Below are positions 53,783-64,000 of a DNA stretch of 64,000 nucleotides, one piece after another. The stretch covers positions 64,001 through 128,000 of the forward strand of contig CAWHWQ010000003.1 of NCBI GenBank assembly GCA_963833095.1, read 5' to 3'. Source of the DNA: Vulcanimicrobiota bacterium (GTDB lineage Bacteria; Vulcanimicrobiota; Vulcanimicrobiia; Vulcanimicrobiales; Vulcanimicrobiaceae). The notes beneath the pieces are model-generated. The model was not told the origin of the DNA and did not search any database. It worked only from the letters and a program-made list of their open reading frames with translations. The stretch's first letter is position 1, and every line of letters begins with the position of its first letter. The position numbers and the translations under genes were made by a program.

Positions 53783-54711
53783 GCGTCAGACCGAGCGCGC
53801 TGAGTTTCCTTTGCCTTGACCAGGCGTACCATCGCATCGTTGTAGGGCGTTGCCACGCCGGTACGCCGTCCGAACGCGACCACGGCGCCGTTAATGTGAT
53901 CGATCTCGCTTGGATGCCCGGACTCGAGGTCAAACGCCATCGAGCTCTTCGAATCGGCGCCAACCTCGATTACTTGCGTGACGTACTGCCAAGGATTGAC
54001 GAACGGCAGATTGATCTTCAGCGCCGCGGCAACCGCGGCCGCTTCTTCGGCCAGCGATTCAGCCAAATGCGCCGCGTTAGGGTTTTTTGCAATCTCACCG
54101 GTGTCGCAATCCAACAGCGCCGAGATTGCGTTGATCGCTGCGTTGGCTACCAACTTGCCCCATAAATGCGGACGTATATCATAGACGACCGAGGCGCGCA
54201 GGCCCGAGCGCGTCAGCACATCGGCGATCGCGCGGGACGTTGCCGGAGCCGCTGAGGCCGAGCCGATGAGGGTTGTTCCGGTCACCGAGCTGCGCGCGCA
54301 GCCGGGCCCGACGGTGATTGACGACTCGGTGGTCACACCGAGCACCACAGGAACGGCTCCCCCCAGCGCGGTCTTGATCGCATCCTCGTTGCCGACTCCG
54401 TTTTGCAGCGAGATCACCGGCGTCGCGGGATTCAACTCACCGGCGAACGGTCGCAATGCGCGCAATGTGTCGACGGCTTTGACGAACAAAAAGAGCATCT
54501 GCGATCCGAAGAGTTCGCGCGCATTGCTTGCGACGTGGACGCGACGCGGCGTCTCCTCGTTGAGTTGCAGGCCGCGCTGGGCGATTGTATCGCTGGTTTG
54601 CGCGTTCGCTTCCAGCACGGTGACGTCGGCGTTCTGCGCCAAATGGTAACCGAAGAGGGTGCCCATCGAACCAGCCCCGATAATGCCGATCTTGAGTTGT
54701 TCGCTGCTCAC
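53779..54711 (-). CDS. panE: 2-dehydropantoate 2-reductase
   Basis: 'GAGSMG', 'VK', 'LQNG', 'WGKL..NAAIN', 'KSSM..D', 'SEIDHING'. Confidence 0.9.
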   Translation of the reverse strand: MSSEQLKIGIIGAGSMGTLFGYHLAQNADVTVLEANAQTSDTIAQRGLQLNEETPRRVHVASNARELFGSQMLFLFVKAVDTLRALRPFAGELNPATPVISLQNGVGNEDAIKTALGGAVPVVLGVTTESSITVGPGCARSSVTGTTLIGSASAAPATSRAIADVLTRSGLRASVVYDIRPHLWGKLVANAAINAISALLDCDTGEIAKNPNAAHLAESLAEEAAAVAAALKINLPFVNPWQYVTQVIEVGADSKSSMAFDLESGHPSEIDHINGAVVAFGRRTGVATPYNDAMVRLVKAKETQRARSDA

Positions 54712-54721
54712 CGAGTCACCA

Positions 54722-56329
54722 CTACGGGATCTTGGTTTGGAAGCCGTAGGTAAAACGACGCTCAGCATGATTGAGCGCGCGCTCGCCGATGAAGAGATCC
54801 CAGTGCTTGGCAATGTGGAAATTACCGTACACGTCGATGTCGGGCCGTTGCGGATTGTAGATCTTGGTATCAAAGCCGAATACGCCGTCATTGTACGCGC
54901 CCAGGAAGCCGAGTTGCGAATACAATACGCCGCCCCCGATACGGACGTTGGGCGAGAGCTTTTGAATCAGCGCCACGTTAGCCGTCGTGTGATAGCCGAT
55001 ATCGTTTGCGCCTACTAGCAAGCTGGTCCCATTATTGGGAAGGATCACCGCATTGAGATCGCTTTGCGGTCCACGATCGGCGCTGTAGAGCGGATTCGGA
55101 CAGCAGACGGTCTGCGTGGAGAGCTCGCTCATCCGCAGCTGAATCGAGATCAGGTTGCTCGCGATGTCGGCCAGCCGGTGCTGCAAGTGCAGCGACTTCG
55201 CCGTCGGCGTTGCCCGCGTCGGAGTGGACGACGATGACGACGCGTCAATCTGCGAGAGCGAGGGAAGCGGGGCCGAGGAACCGCCGGCGGAAAACGGCGC
55301 CGACGATCCGGCCGGTACGGGAGCTGTCGCCGCGGGATACGGCGTCGCATTCGCGTCTACACCGTAGACGCTGCTCGTGCCACCGAATTGGGCTAAGAGA
55401 GAATTGGCTCGCTGCATCGTCGCGTCGAGGTTGGCGATCGTGTTCTTGAGCTGCGCTTGCGTTTGCGGATCGCCGGTAACGTTGCGCAGGTCGTGAGTGA
55501 TGCCGGCGATGTTGGCGGTAGTGTCGGCGATGTTTTTGGTCGTCGCCAGCACGTTACCCCGCAAGTCTTTGTCGGTCGCAATCGACTCCAGCGAAGCCAT
55601 CGATTGGTTGAGCGCCTTCGAAGTCTGATCGAAGTTGGTCACGATGTCGCTGATTTTCCTAGAGTTGAGCTGCGTCGTGTCGTTCAACGTACCAGTGAGC
55701 GCGACTAAATTCTGGCTCGCCTGCGCGAGGCTGGACTGCAGCTGGCTCGTGAGCGAACCAATGGAGTTTTTCATCGAGAGCGTGAGTTCGTTGGCGTTGG
55801 TAAGCGTCGATTGCAATGTGTCAAGCAGCTTGGGCTCACGCTTCTCGAGCTGGCTGAGCATTGCGTCGAGCTTGACGACTTCGCCTTGGCCCTGTTCGAG
55901 TAGATCTGCGATGGTCGCCGTATTGGTGCCCTGCGGCTGCTGCTCGATCGGCAGAACCTCGCGCGCGAGCATCGGCAAGGGCGGCGCGCCCGGCACGGGG
56001 CGCGGGGGGACGATGATGAGGTTGGGATCCCCGGTCAAGGGCGCCTGAATCAAAAAGCGCGATGCCTGCGGAATGTCCACGTCGCGATTGACCGCCAGAA
56101 TCACGTCCACGGTGTTGTCGGGCAACAGCGTGATCGTATCGACCGTGCCCACCGTCACACCGCTGAAGTAGACAAGTGCTCCCGAGTGCAAACCGGCAGC
56201 CGAGACAAAGTGGATCCCAACCCGATACCCCGTGTGCCTCGTACCGAAGTCAGTAATCACATAGAACACGCCAAAAAGTAGCAGCAACGCGAGCAACGCG
56301 AAGGCTCCGACCTGTGCCTGTCTACTCAT
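54722..56329 (-). CDS. mlaD: MlaD/MCE family protein with long coiled coil and beta-rich C-terminus
   Basis: N-terminal TM 'VGAF', 'GL..GA.V.FSGV.VG.V', helical repeats; adjacent to mlaEF. Confidence 0.85.
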   Translation of the reverse strand: MSRQAQVGAFALLALLLLFGVFYVITDFGTRHTGYRVGIHFVSAAGLHSGALVYFSGVTVGTVDTITLLPDNTVDVILAVNRDVDIPQASRFLIQAPLTGDPNLIIVPPRPVPGAPPLPMLAREVLPIEQQPQGTNTATIADLLEQGQGEVVKLDAMLSQLEKREPKLLDTLQSTLTNANELTLSMKNSIGSLTSQLQSSLAQASQNLVALTGTLNDTTQLNSRKISDIVTNFDQTSKALNQSMASLESIATDKDLRGNVLATTKNIADTTANIAGITHDLRNVTGDPQTQAQLKNTIANLDATMQRANSLLAQFGGTSSVYGVDANATPYPAATAPVPAGSSAPFSAGGSSAPLPSLSQIDASSSSSTPTRATPTAKSLHLQHRLADIASNLISIQLRMSELSTQTVCCPNPLYSADRGPQSDLNAVILPNNGTSLLVGANDIGYHTTANVALIQKLSPNVRIGGGVLYSQLGFLGAYNDGVFGFDTKIYNPQRPDIDVYGNFHIAKHWDLFIGERALNHAERRFTYGFQTKIP

Positions 56330-56564
56330 CGAACCCCATCAACCCCATCTTTTTCATTTCTATCCGAGAGCCTTTGACGTGAGGGGCTGGGTGGGTCGTG
56401 CGGAGGGGCTACGTACGCACGACGTAGTCCCGATGGACCTGGGCGACGAGGTAACGTCATTTAGGCGCGCCCTTGGGGAATCAAATACTTGTCGCAATCG
56501 TGTGCGCGCCATAGTTCGGGGCTCCACGACGTGGGGGCGCGGAGCCCAAGGCGAAGCGCCTTTT

Positions 56565-57320
56565 TCATATGGGTATCGGCCCAACTTCGCTGCCCGCGAT
56601 AAACTGCTGGACGATGGGGTTTGGCGAGCGTTGTATTTCGTCGACCGTGCCATACGCGATGACCGCGCCTTCGAAGAGCATCGCCACGTAGTCGGACATC
56701 GCGTAGATCGATTGCAGATCGTGCGAGATGACGACGGCGGTCCCGTTGAGCTTCTGGCGCAAACGGATGATCGTGTCGGTGATGAGGTGCGTAACGATTG
56801 GATCGAGGCCGGTCGTCGGCTCGTCGTAGAGAATGAGATCCGGGCGCGTCACGATCGCGCGCGCGAAGCCGGCGCGCTTGATCATACCGCCCGAAAGTTC
56901 GCTTGGCATGCTGTCATAGGTGTGTCCAAGCCCGACCGAGTCGAGCGCGTCTTCGACCGTTTTAACGATTTTCGCATCACTCTCGTTCGTGTTCTCACGC
57001 AACGGCAGTGCCACGTTTTCTCCGACGGTCAGGCTGTCGAGCAGCGCTGCGAATTGAAACGACATGCTGATCGAGCGCCGGATGTCGTTGAGCTGGTTCT
57101 CGGGCATATGGCAGATGTCACGGTTGCGGACGTAGACATGCCCGGCATTTGGTTTGCTCAAGCCGTCGAGCAAGCGCAAAATCGTGGACTTCCCTGCGCC
57201 CGAGAGCCCGATGATGCACGTGATGGCGCCTTCGACGATATCGAGGCTGCAGTTCTTGAGGATGACGCGGTCGCCGTAGGCGAGCGTGACGTCTTCCAGT
57301 CGCGCAATGATTTCCGGCAT
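56565..57320 (-). CDS. mlaF: MlaF/Mkl ABC ATP-binding protein
   Basis: 'GLSGAGKS', 'FQFAALLDS', 'LSGGMIKR', 'YDEPTTGLDP', 'SHD'. Confidence 0.9.
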   Translation of the reverse strand: MPEIIARLEDVTLAYGDRVILKNCSLDIVEGAITCIIGLSGAGKSTILRLLDGLSKPNAGHVYVRNRDICHMPENQLNDIRRSISMSFQFAALLDSLTVGENVALPLRENTNESDAKIVKTVEDALDSVGLGHTYDSMPSELSGGMIKRAGFARAIVTRPDLILYDEPTTGLDPIVTHLITDTIIRLRQKLNGTAVVISHDLQSIYAMSDYVAMLFEGAVIAYGTVDEIQRSPNPIVQQFIAGSEVGPIPI

Positions 57321-57323
57321 CGC

Positions 57324-58100
57324 TCAGTGGGCACCGAAGAGGATAAACGAGAGAACGAAATTGGAGACGAAGATCAGGATGATCGAAATGACGACCGCTC
57401 CGGTCGTCGCCGCCCCCACGCCGGCGGCCCCGCCGCGCGTCGAGAGGCCCTGATACGCACCGACCAGTGCGATGATCGCTGCGAAGACGAGCGACTTGAT
57501 CAAGCCCTTGACGACGTCCTCGAAGCCGACCGTTTGGCGCGCTGAGGTGAGAAACGTGTCGAACGAAATGTGGGCGTAGGTTTGCGCAATCCACATTCCG
57601 CCGCCGATCGAAACGACGTCGGCGAAAATCGTGAGGAGCGGCAACATCACCAGCATTGCCAGGAGCCGCGGCAGCACGAGAAAGCGGGGAACCTCTAAAC
57701 CCATCGAGGTTAGCGCGTCGATCTGTTCGGTAACGACCATTGATCCCAGTTCGGCGGCAATTGCCGCCCCTGCGCGTCCGGCCACAACGACGGCAGTGAG
57801 CATGGGGCCAAGCTCACGCACCGAGCTGTATGCAACCGCGCCGCCGACGACGCTGCCGAAGCCGTACTGCACCGCCTGGACCGCGGACTCGAGTGAGATC
57901 ACCATGCCGGTGAAGAGCGACGTTAAAAGGACGATCGAAAGCGATTGAAAGCCCAGAAAATAGCACTGGTTGATGGTTTCGATGAACCGGATTCGCAGCC
58001 GAGCGAAAAATCCAAGCGAATCGGTCGCTAGGATCACGATCCCGCCGGCGTATTCGAAGAACTCGATTGTCGCTCGTCCGAAGCGATCGAGCACCTTCAT
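57324..58100 (-). CDS. mlaE: MlaE ABC permease
   Basis: 'RELGP..AGR.GAAIAAELGSM..EQIDAL..MG', 'GGAAGVG.ATT'. Confidence 0.92.
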   Translation of the reverse strand: MKVLDRFGRATIEFFEYAGGIVILATDSLGFFARLRIRFIETINQCYFLGFQSLSIVLLTSLFTGMVISLESAVQAVQYGFGSVVGGAVAYSSVRELGPMLTAVVVAGRAGAAIAAELGSMVVTEQIDALTSMGLEVPRFLVLPRLLAMLVMLPLLTIFADVVSIGGGMWIAQTYAHISFDTFLTSARQTVGFEDVVKGLIKSLVFAAIIALVGAYQGLSTRGGAAGVGAATTGAVVISIILIFVSNFVLSFILFGAH

Positions 58101-58432
58101 GCCAGGGGTCCAATGGCATCGAGTTCGTGCATCACCGCTTGGGTCGCTTCGATGCGCTTGACGGCGACGCCGCGCTCCGCGGTCAAATTGAACTGCACCT
58201 GGTTGAGGTGCTCGAGGCGACGGTCAACGTCGCGAAGATGGCCACGTGCCTCGTGCTCGAAGCCCGTAAAATAGCGCCGCACGGCCGCGAGATATTCGTC
58301 CAGCGCGCGGGCGTCGAGCCGGCCGGCCGCAAGCGCCTGCTGGGCCGCTTCTTGCGCCTTGCGCATTGCGCGATCGGTAATGTGGAACGCGCCGACGTGT
58401 GCGACCAGCGCGCTCACGCGTTCATCACTCAC
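58097..58432 (-). CDS. Hypothetical helical protein
   Basis: Clean ORF overlapping the rph stop and the mlaE start. Confidence 0.65.
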   Translation of the reverse strand: MSDERVSALVAHVGAFHITDRAMRKAQEAAQQALAAGRLDARALDEYLAAVRRYFTGFEHEARGHLRDVDRRLEHLNQVQFNLTAERGVAVKRIEATQAVMHELDAIGPLA

Positions 58433-59154
58433 GGCGAGCTTGCGCCGATTGCTTCACGCTGGCGCTCGAACAACTCGCGAATGCCGGTTTCCGCGAGCGC
58501 CAGGAGGCGGTCGAGTTGCTCCCGGTCGAACGGCGCGGCTTCTGCCGTCCCTTGAAGCTCGACGTACTTGCCGGCGTCAGTCATGAAGACGTTCATATCG
58601 GTATGGGCGGTCGAATCCTCGTCGTAGGCAAGATCGAGCATCGGCACACCGCGGACAATTCCGACGCTCGTTGCCGCAACCATCCCGGTGAGCGGCCATT
58701 TCACCCCTTGCAGTTCGGGAATCGCGCGCAGTGCTAGGGCGAGGGCGACGTATGCGCCGGTGACCGATGCGCTGCGCGTACCGCCGTCTGCCTGCAGCAC
58801 ATCGCAGTCGATCCAAACGGTGCGTTCACCGAGTTTCGAGGTGTCGGTAACGGCGCGCAGTGCGCGTCCGATGATTCGTTGGATTTCGTGCGTGCGCCCG
58901 CCGATTCGGCCTTTGGCGGATTCGCGCTGCGTGCGCTCTTGCGTTGCGCGCGGGAGCATCGCATACTCGGCGCTCACCCAGCCCAGGCCCTTGCCCTTGA
59001 GCCATTGCGGAACGCGATCCTCAACGGTAGCGGCGCAAAGGACGCGGGTGTTGCCGGTGCTGATCAGGGCGCTGCCCTCGGCGTATTTGAGAAAGCCCGG
59101 CTCGATAGAAACCGGGCGTAGTTCATCGGGCTTTCGCCCGTCCGAGCGCATCAT
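58429..59154 (-). CDS. rph: Ribonuclease PH
   Basis: 'RSDGR..ELRP', 'AEGS', '[10 protein letters not shown]', 'GRTHEIQR', '[12 protein letters not shown]', 'QGTAE'. Confidence 0.95.
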   Translation of the reverse strand: MMRSDGRKPDELRPVSIEPGFLKYAEGSALISTGNTRVLCAATVEDRVPQWLKGKGLGWVSAEYAMLPRATQERTQRESAKGRIGGRTHEIQRIIGRALRAVTDTSKLGERTVWIDCDVLQADGGTRSASVTGAYVALALALRAIPELQGVKWPLTGMVAATSVGIVRGVPMLDLAYDEDSTAHTDMNVFMTDAGKYVELQGTAEAAPFDREQLDRLLALAETGIRELFERQREAIGASSP

Positions 59155-59231
59155 ATGAACGCTTCTTTGGCGGACCGCGCAGGCATTCCGCCTACCAGGA
59201 AACAAACCGCCCGGTTGCCCGGAGGCATCTC

Positions 59232-59594
59232 ATGAAGCGCTTTTTCGCTGCTCTCGTTGCGACGTTGGCCCTCGTTCCGGCGGTCACTTCGGCGGCGGTG
59301 ATTTCGGTCTCTCCGCAAAAGCTCGTATTGGAAATCGGCGGTAGGGTCTTCGCAAAAGTCAGCGCGAGCGCGACGAGTTCGCATCTCGAGGTCTATCCAT
59401 CCAGCTGTTTCACGACCGCGGGCTCGCCGGGCGACATTCTCAAGGTGACTGGGCTGAACAAGTCTAGGTCAGGCAACTCCTCGACGCTAACCCTCGATGT
59501 GCGCGCGCAGCGCCCGGGAAGATGCACCATCAAGTTCCAGAGCGAGTCGGACGTTCGTTCGATCGACGTGAACGTCGAGCCGGAGCAACCCTGA
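59232..59594 (+). CDS. Small secreted Ig-like hypothetical protein
   Basis: GGAGG RBS, signal peptide, Cys pair. Confidence 0.65.
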   Translation: MKRFFAALVATLALVPAVTSAAVISVSPQKLVLEIGGRVFAKVSASATSSHLEVYPSSCFTTAGSPGDILKVTGLNKSRSGNSSTLTLDVRAQRPGRCTIKFQSESDVRSIDVNVEPEQP

Positions 59595-59599
59595 GGGGG

Positions 59600-59779
59600 C
59601 TATTCCGAGCGAGCTTCCTCGTTCTCGGTAAGCCGGTCGTAGATGTGGCGCGCGTACCAGTCCGGCCAGTCGGCGTCGGCATGCCCAAGCGACTTTTCGT
59701 AGATCCCGTGCGCATGCTCCGCGTCGCGCAGCAAATCGACAAGTCGCGCGACGGGGTCGCTGCCTAGATCAACCTGCAT
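59600..59779 (-). CDS. 59-aa protein with AH..E..G..D.DWPDWYA motif (not in the ORF track)
   Basis: Manual translation MQVDLGSDPVARLVDLLRDAEHAHGIYEKSLGHADADWPDWYARHIYDRLTENEEARSE, immediately after glmS. Confidence 0.65.
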   Translation of the reverse strand: MQVDLGSDPVARLVDLLRDAEHAHGIYEKSLGHADADWPDWYARHIYDRLTENEEARSE

Positions 59780-59794
59780 GAACCCAGTATAGCG

Positions 59795-61647
59795 CTATTC
59801 GACCGTGACGGTCTTGGCTAGATTGCGCGGCTGATCGACGTCTTTGCCCTCGATATCGGCGATATGATATGCCAGCAGCTGCAGCGGGATCACGTTGACG
59901 ATCGGCGAGAGCAACTCGTCGACCTTCGGAACCCAGAAGACGTGATCGGCGATCGCTTCCGCTTCTTCGTCACCGTGGTTGGCAACAACGATGATCGGTG
60001 CCTCGCGCGCTTTGGACTCCATGAGGTTCGAAAGGATTTTCTCGCGCACGCGCCCATCGGTCATCACGCCGATCACCGGACGCTCGAATCGAGCAGCGCG
60101 ATCGGGCCGTGCTTCATCTCGCCTGCCGCATAGCCCTCGGCGTGAATGTAGCAGATCTCTTTGAGCTTCAGCGCGCCCTCCAGGGCGGTCGGGAAGTTGA
60201 TGTAGCGCCCGATGAACAGGACAGCTCTTCGCATCTTGCGAATCTTGCGCGCGACTTCGCGAATTTGATCCGAGGTGTTGAGCACGACGTCGACGCTGGC
60301 GGGAAGCAACTGCGTGTTCTCGGCGATCTCGCGCAACCGTCGACGGCGCCGTCTTCCGCGCACGCGTGCAAGATACAGTGCGAAGAGTGTCATCGCGGTC
60401 ACTTGCGAAACATAGGTCTTGGTCGCCGCGACGCCGATCTCAGGACCGCCGCGGGTAAAGAGCGTGCCGTCGGCAATGCGGGTGAGATGCGAGCCGAGCG
60501 ACGTTGCAGATGCCCAGAATCGAGCTGCCTGCGCCCTTGGCGATGCTTCACCGCTTCGATCGTATCGGCGGTCTCTCCGGACTGCGACATGGCGATGACG
60601 AGCGTCGTCGGATCGATGACGGGATCGCCGTAGCGAAACTCGCTTGCAAGCTCCATCTCGACCGGCAATTTGACGAGCGAGCGCAGCAAATACATGCCGA
60701 CCATACCGGCATGGTAGGCCGTGCCGCAACCGGTGATCGCGATTTTGGAAATCTCGCTGCAGGCGCTGCGGTCGTGATATTCCCGATCTCACCGCTGCAA
60801 ATCGACGCTGCGCATCGTCGTCAATGCGGCCGGCAAGGGTCTCTTTGATCACGTTGGGCTGCTCGAAGATTTCCTTGAGCATGAAATGTTTGTAGCCGCT
60901 CTTCTCAGCGGAAGCCGCGTCCCACGTCACATTGATGACGTCGCGCACGATCGGCGTTCCGTCGTAATTCATGAGCCGGTAGCCGTCGCGATCGACCACC
61001 GCCATCTCGCCTTCTTGCAAGATGATTTCGTGCCGCGTGTACTGCAGAATCGCCGGCGTGTCGGAAGCGACGAACATCTCGCCCTCGCCGATCCCGATCA
61101 CGAGCGGGCTTGCGCCGTTGCGCGCAAAGATCAAATGCTCCGGATCATCGCTAGAGATGACGCCCAGCGCATAGGCGCCCCGCACGTCGGCAAGCGTCTT
61201 GCGCACGGCCGCTTCCAAGTCGCCGTCGTCGTAGCATTTCGATCAGATGCGCGAGCACTTCGGTGTCGGTCTCGCTCTTGAAGACGTGACCGAACTTCGA
61301 TCAGCTTCGCGCGCAGCGGGCGTAGTTCTCGATGATGCCGTTGTGGACGACCGCGATGCGTCCGGTGCAATCCATGTGCGGGTGGGCGTTGGCGTCGTTG
61401 GGTCGCCCGTGCGTCGCCCAACGCGTGTGCCCCAGGCCGACCGCTGCCGTGCGAGCGCTTCGCCGTTGCGCAGACGCTCGGCCAAACGCGAGAGTTTGCC
61501 TTCGGCCTTGCTCCCGGTCAGCGTCGCCGTTCGCGTCGATAACGGCGATACCCGCGCTGTCGTATCCGCGATACTCGAGCCGCGCGAGCGAATCGAGAAT
61601 GATCGGAACGCTATCGCGCTCACCGATATAACCAACAATCCGCACAC
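59795..61647 (-). CDS. glmS: Glutamine-fructose-6-phosphate aminotransferase (frameshifted)
   Basis: '(M)CGIVGY', '[10 protein letters not shown]', 'GHTRWATHG', 'HNGIIEN', 'SQSGETAD', 'EGALKLKE', '[13 protein letters not shown]'. Confidence 0.95.
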
Positions 61648-61717
61648 TGATTCACCCGCCAATCCTCGAGATTGCCCTTCGGGCGATTCCCGTGGCCTGC
61701 GAGACGACGGCATTGAT

Positions 61718-61991
61718 TTACTTGATGCCTTCCTTGGTGCGGTGGTATTCGATCGTGCCTTCGGCGATTTCGTCGAGCGCGATCGAGACCGGCTTGTTGG
61801 GGTTGATATCGTCCTGGTCGACGAGCGGTTCGCTGGCGAAGAATTCGCGACGATCCGCGGACGGCAGCTGCTGAACGCGGATCCAGTTGTTCAACTGGCG
61901 CGCGCGCTTGGTCACGATGTTGACCAGGCTGAACTTCGAATCTGGCGTGCTCGAGCAGCACATCGAGATCGCCAAAAATGGTCTTACTCAC
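61718..61991 (-). CDS. rpoZ: RNA polymerase omega subunit (frameshift near 5' end)
   Basis: 'SKFSLVNIVTKRARQL', 'KPVSIALDEIAEG'; follows gmk. Confidence 0.88.
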
Positions 61992-62022
61992 GATGTTCCT
62001 TTCTTCTGATCCCTTTTGGTAG

Positions 62023-62646
62023 CTAGGTGTGTTCGAGGTCCCGCGAGCGAATCGTCGCTGTACCGGTGGATCCGGAATCGTTCGGCCTGAACGATCGCCT
62101 GCAAATCCGCGGACCGCTTGGTCGGGCTTGGCCCTGTTCGTTGATCACGATGTAGTCGAAATTGCGGATATACTTCATCTCCTGGTGCGCGATCTCCAGC
62201 CGGCGCGCAATCTCTTCGTTTGTTTCGGTGCGCCGCGCAAGCAAGCGCTCGCGCAAGTGCGAGAACCGATCGGGCACCAGAAAGATCAGGACCGCGTCGG
62301 GATAGGCCGCTTTGACCGCCAAGGCCCCGTTGACTTCGGGCTTCATGATCACGTCGTAGCCCTGCGCGAGGGTTGACTCCATGAAGTCGCGCGGAGTTCC
62401 ATAGAGGTTCTCGTTGTACTCGCGCCACTCCAAGAAGCCGCCCGCTGCTTGGCGCTCCTCGAAGGCTGCGTGCGTCACGAAGAAATAATGCTCGCCCTCA
62501 GTCTCCCCGGGCCGCGGAGGCCGGGTGGTCGCCGACACGGAGTACCGCATGCGGGGCATGCGCTCGCGTAACGCATCGACCAGGGTATCCTTGCCGGCTC
62601 CAGATGGGCCGGACACCACGAATAAGAGCCCTGGGCCGGTGATCAC
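62023..62646 (-). CDS. gmk: Guanylate kinase (3' frameshift)
   Basis: 'SGPSGAGK', 'SVSATTRPPRPGE', 'YGTP', 'FDYIVIN'. Confidence 0.93.
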   Translation of the reverse strand: MITGPGLLFVVSGPSGAGKDTLVDALRERMPRMRYSVSATTRPPRPGETEGEHYFFVTHAAFEERQAAGGFLEWREYNENLYGTPRDFMESTLAQGYDVIMKPEVNGALAVKAAYPDAVLIFLVPDRFSHLRERLLARRTETNEEIARRLEIAHQEMKYIRNFDYIVINEQGQARPSGPRICRRSFRPNDSGSTGTATIRSRDLEHT

Positions 62647-62707
62647 TCGAACTCCTCTGGAAACGAAGCCTGAAGTGTTCCCATCCAATGGGGAGGTCAC
62701 CTGGTCC

Positions 62708-64000
62708 ATGTCACTACTTTCGCTCGCATCGATCCTTGCCGAGAGCGCTATGCGCCACCCCGAGCGGACCGCCCTCGTAGCCGGCCAGGAGCGGATCGGC
62801 TACGCCAGACTCTGGGAGGAGGCCCGGCGGTTCGCTGCCCACCTGCGGACCTTAGGCGTCGGCGCGGGCGACCGGGTGGCGATCCTCGTGCTCAACACCC
62901 CCGATTTCCCGCGTGCCTATTACGGCGTGCTGGCTCTCGGCGCGGTGGTGGTCCCGGTCCACGCCCTGCTCACCCCCGAGGAGATCGCCTTTATCCTGAG
63001 CGATTCTGGGGCAAAGGTCCTGATCTGCGGGGGACCGCTGATTCCCAACGGAACCGCGGGCGCCGCGGCTGCGGGCATCCAGGTCTTCGAAGCCCGTCTT
63101 CCAGCCGGTGTGCCGATCGCGGCTCTCGTCGAACGCGAGCCCGGCGACGACGCGGTCATTCTCTATACCAGCGGAACGACCGGCCGCCCCAAAGGCGCGG
63201 TGCTCTCGCAAAATAACATCATCCTCAACGCGTCGGTGTGCGTGAACGACCTCTTCTACGTCGTGCGCGACGACGTGTTCCTAGCCGCGTTGCCGCTCTT
63301 TCACGCGTTCGGTCAAACCGTCGTGATGAACGCCGCGTTTCGGGCCGGCGCGACCGTCGTGCTGATGCCACGTTTTGACGGCGCGGCCGCGCTCGATCTG
63401 ATGATCGAACATAACGTGACGGTTTTCGCCGGCGTGCCGACGATGTACATTGCGCTGCTGGAAGCAGCCAAAGCGCGCGCGCAACGTCCGGAGTTGCGCG
63501 TTGCGGATTGCCGGCGGTTCATCGCTGCCGCTCGTCGTGCTCGAGGCGTTCGAGGCGAGTTTCGGTGTCCAGATCTACGAAGGCTATGGTCTTTCCGAAA
63601 CGTCTCCGGTCGCAAGCTTCAACCAGCAAGATTTCGGACGCAAACCCGGGACGGTCGGCCGTGGCATCTGGGGCGTCGAGGTCGACGTCGCGCGCGCCGA
63701 GCTGGAGGACCACATCGAGCTGCTTGAACAGGACGAGCTTGGCGAGATCGTGATTCGCGGTCACTGCGTGTTCAAGGGGTACTTGAACAACCCCGAAGCG
63801 ACCCGTGCAGTCATCGTCGACGGCTGGTTCCGTTCGGGGGATCTAGGCACCAAGGATGCGGACGGATTCATTACGATCGTCGATCGCAAGAAAGACTTGA
63901 TCATACGCGGCGGATACAATGTCTATCCACGCGAGGTCGAGGAAGTGCTGATGCGCCATCCCGCGGTCAAACAGGTGGCGATTATCGGTATCCCGCACGA
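62708..64000 (+). CDS. Long-chain fatty-acid-CoA ligase (frameshift near 63515; runs off the window)
   Basis: 'YTSGTTGRPKG', 'LPLFH.FG', 'EGYGLSET', 'GWFRSGDLG', 'DRKKD.IIRGGYNVYPREVE'. Confidence 0.9.

Noticed and set aside
56379..57545. Long plus-strand ORF (388 aa) and similar Arg-rich ORFs throughout the window
   Set aside because: Shadow ORFs antisense to well-supported genes, common in high-GC DNA
61648..61717. glmS ribozyme upstream of glmS
   Set aside because: The gap is only ~70 nt and lacks the AGCGCC..ACT core; only a simple hairpin is present

Overview
GC-rich bacterial chromosome segment from a diderm. It has TonB-dependent receptor, Mla/MCE and secretin genes alongside a Firmicutes-style cdaA-cdaR-glmM operon; this mix suggests a Terrabacteria diderm such as Ca. 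Eremiobacterota (inference only). Housekeeping genes include HU, aroC/K/B, priA, rpsT, rsgA, glmM, a xerC/D-like recombinase, panE, mlaDEF, rph, glmS, rpoZ and gmk. Many conserved genes are broken by frameshifts in dense blocks, most likely long-read or assembly error. Four regions stand out. (1) A 7-gene non-canonical fimbrial-like locus (35.2-42.3 kb) with three pilin-like paralogues and a two-domain subunit that all end in FTATAN, a minor subunit, a chaperone-like protein, and an usher-like barrel fused to an RcpA/CpaC-type N-domain. (2) A c-di-AMP riboswitch in front of an NlpC/P60 hydrolase, directly downstream of the diadenylate cyclase operon. (3) A tRNA-Gln(UUG) preceded by six identical 73-bp hairpin-rich repeats and followed by a duplicated 3' end; both carry AGGAT-loop hairpins. 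(4) A TonB/SBP/MlrC/serine-hydrolase/DUF1611/epimerase cluster for scavenging unusual or D-amino-acid peptides.
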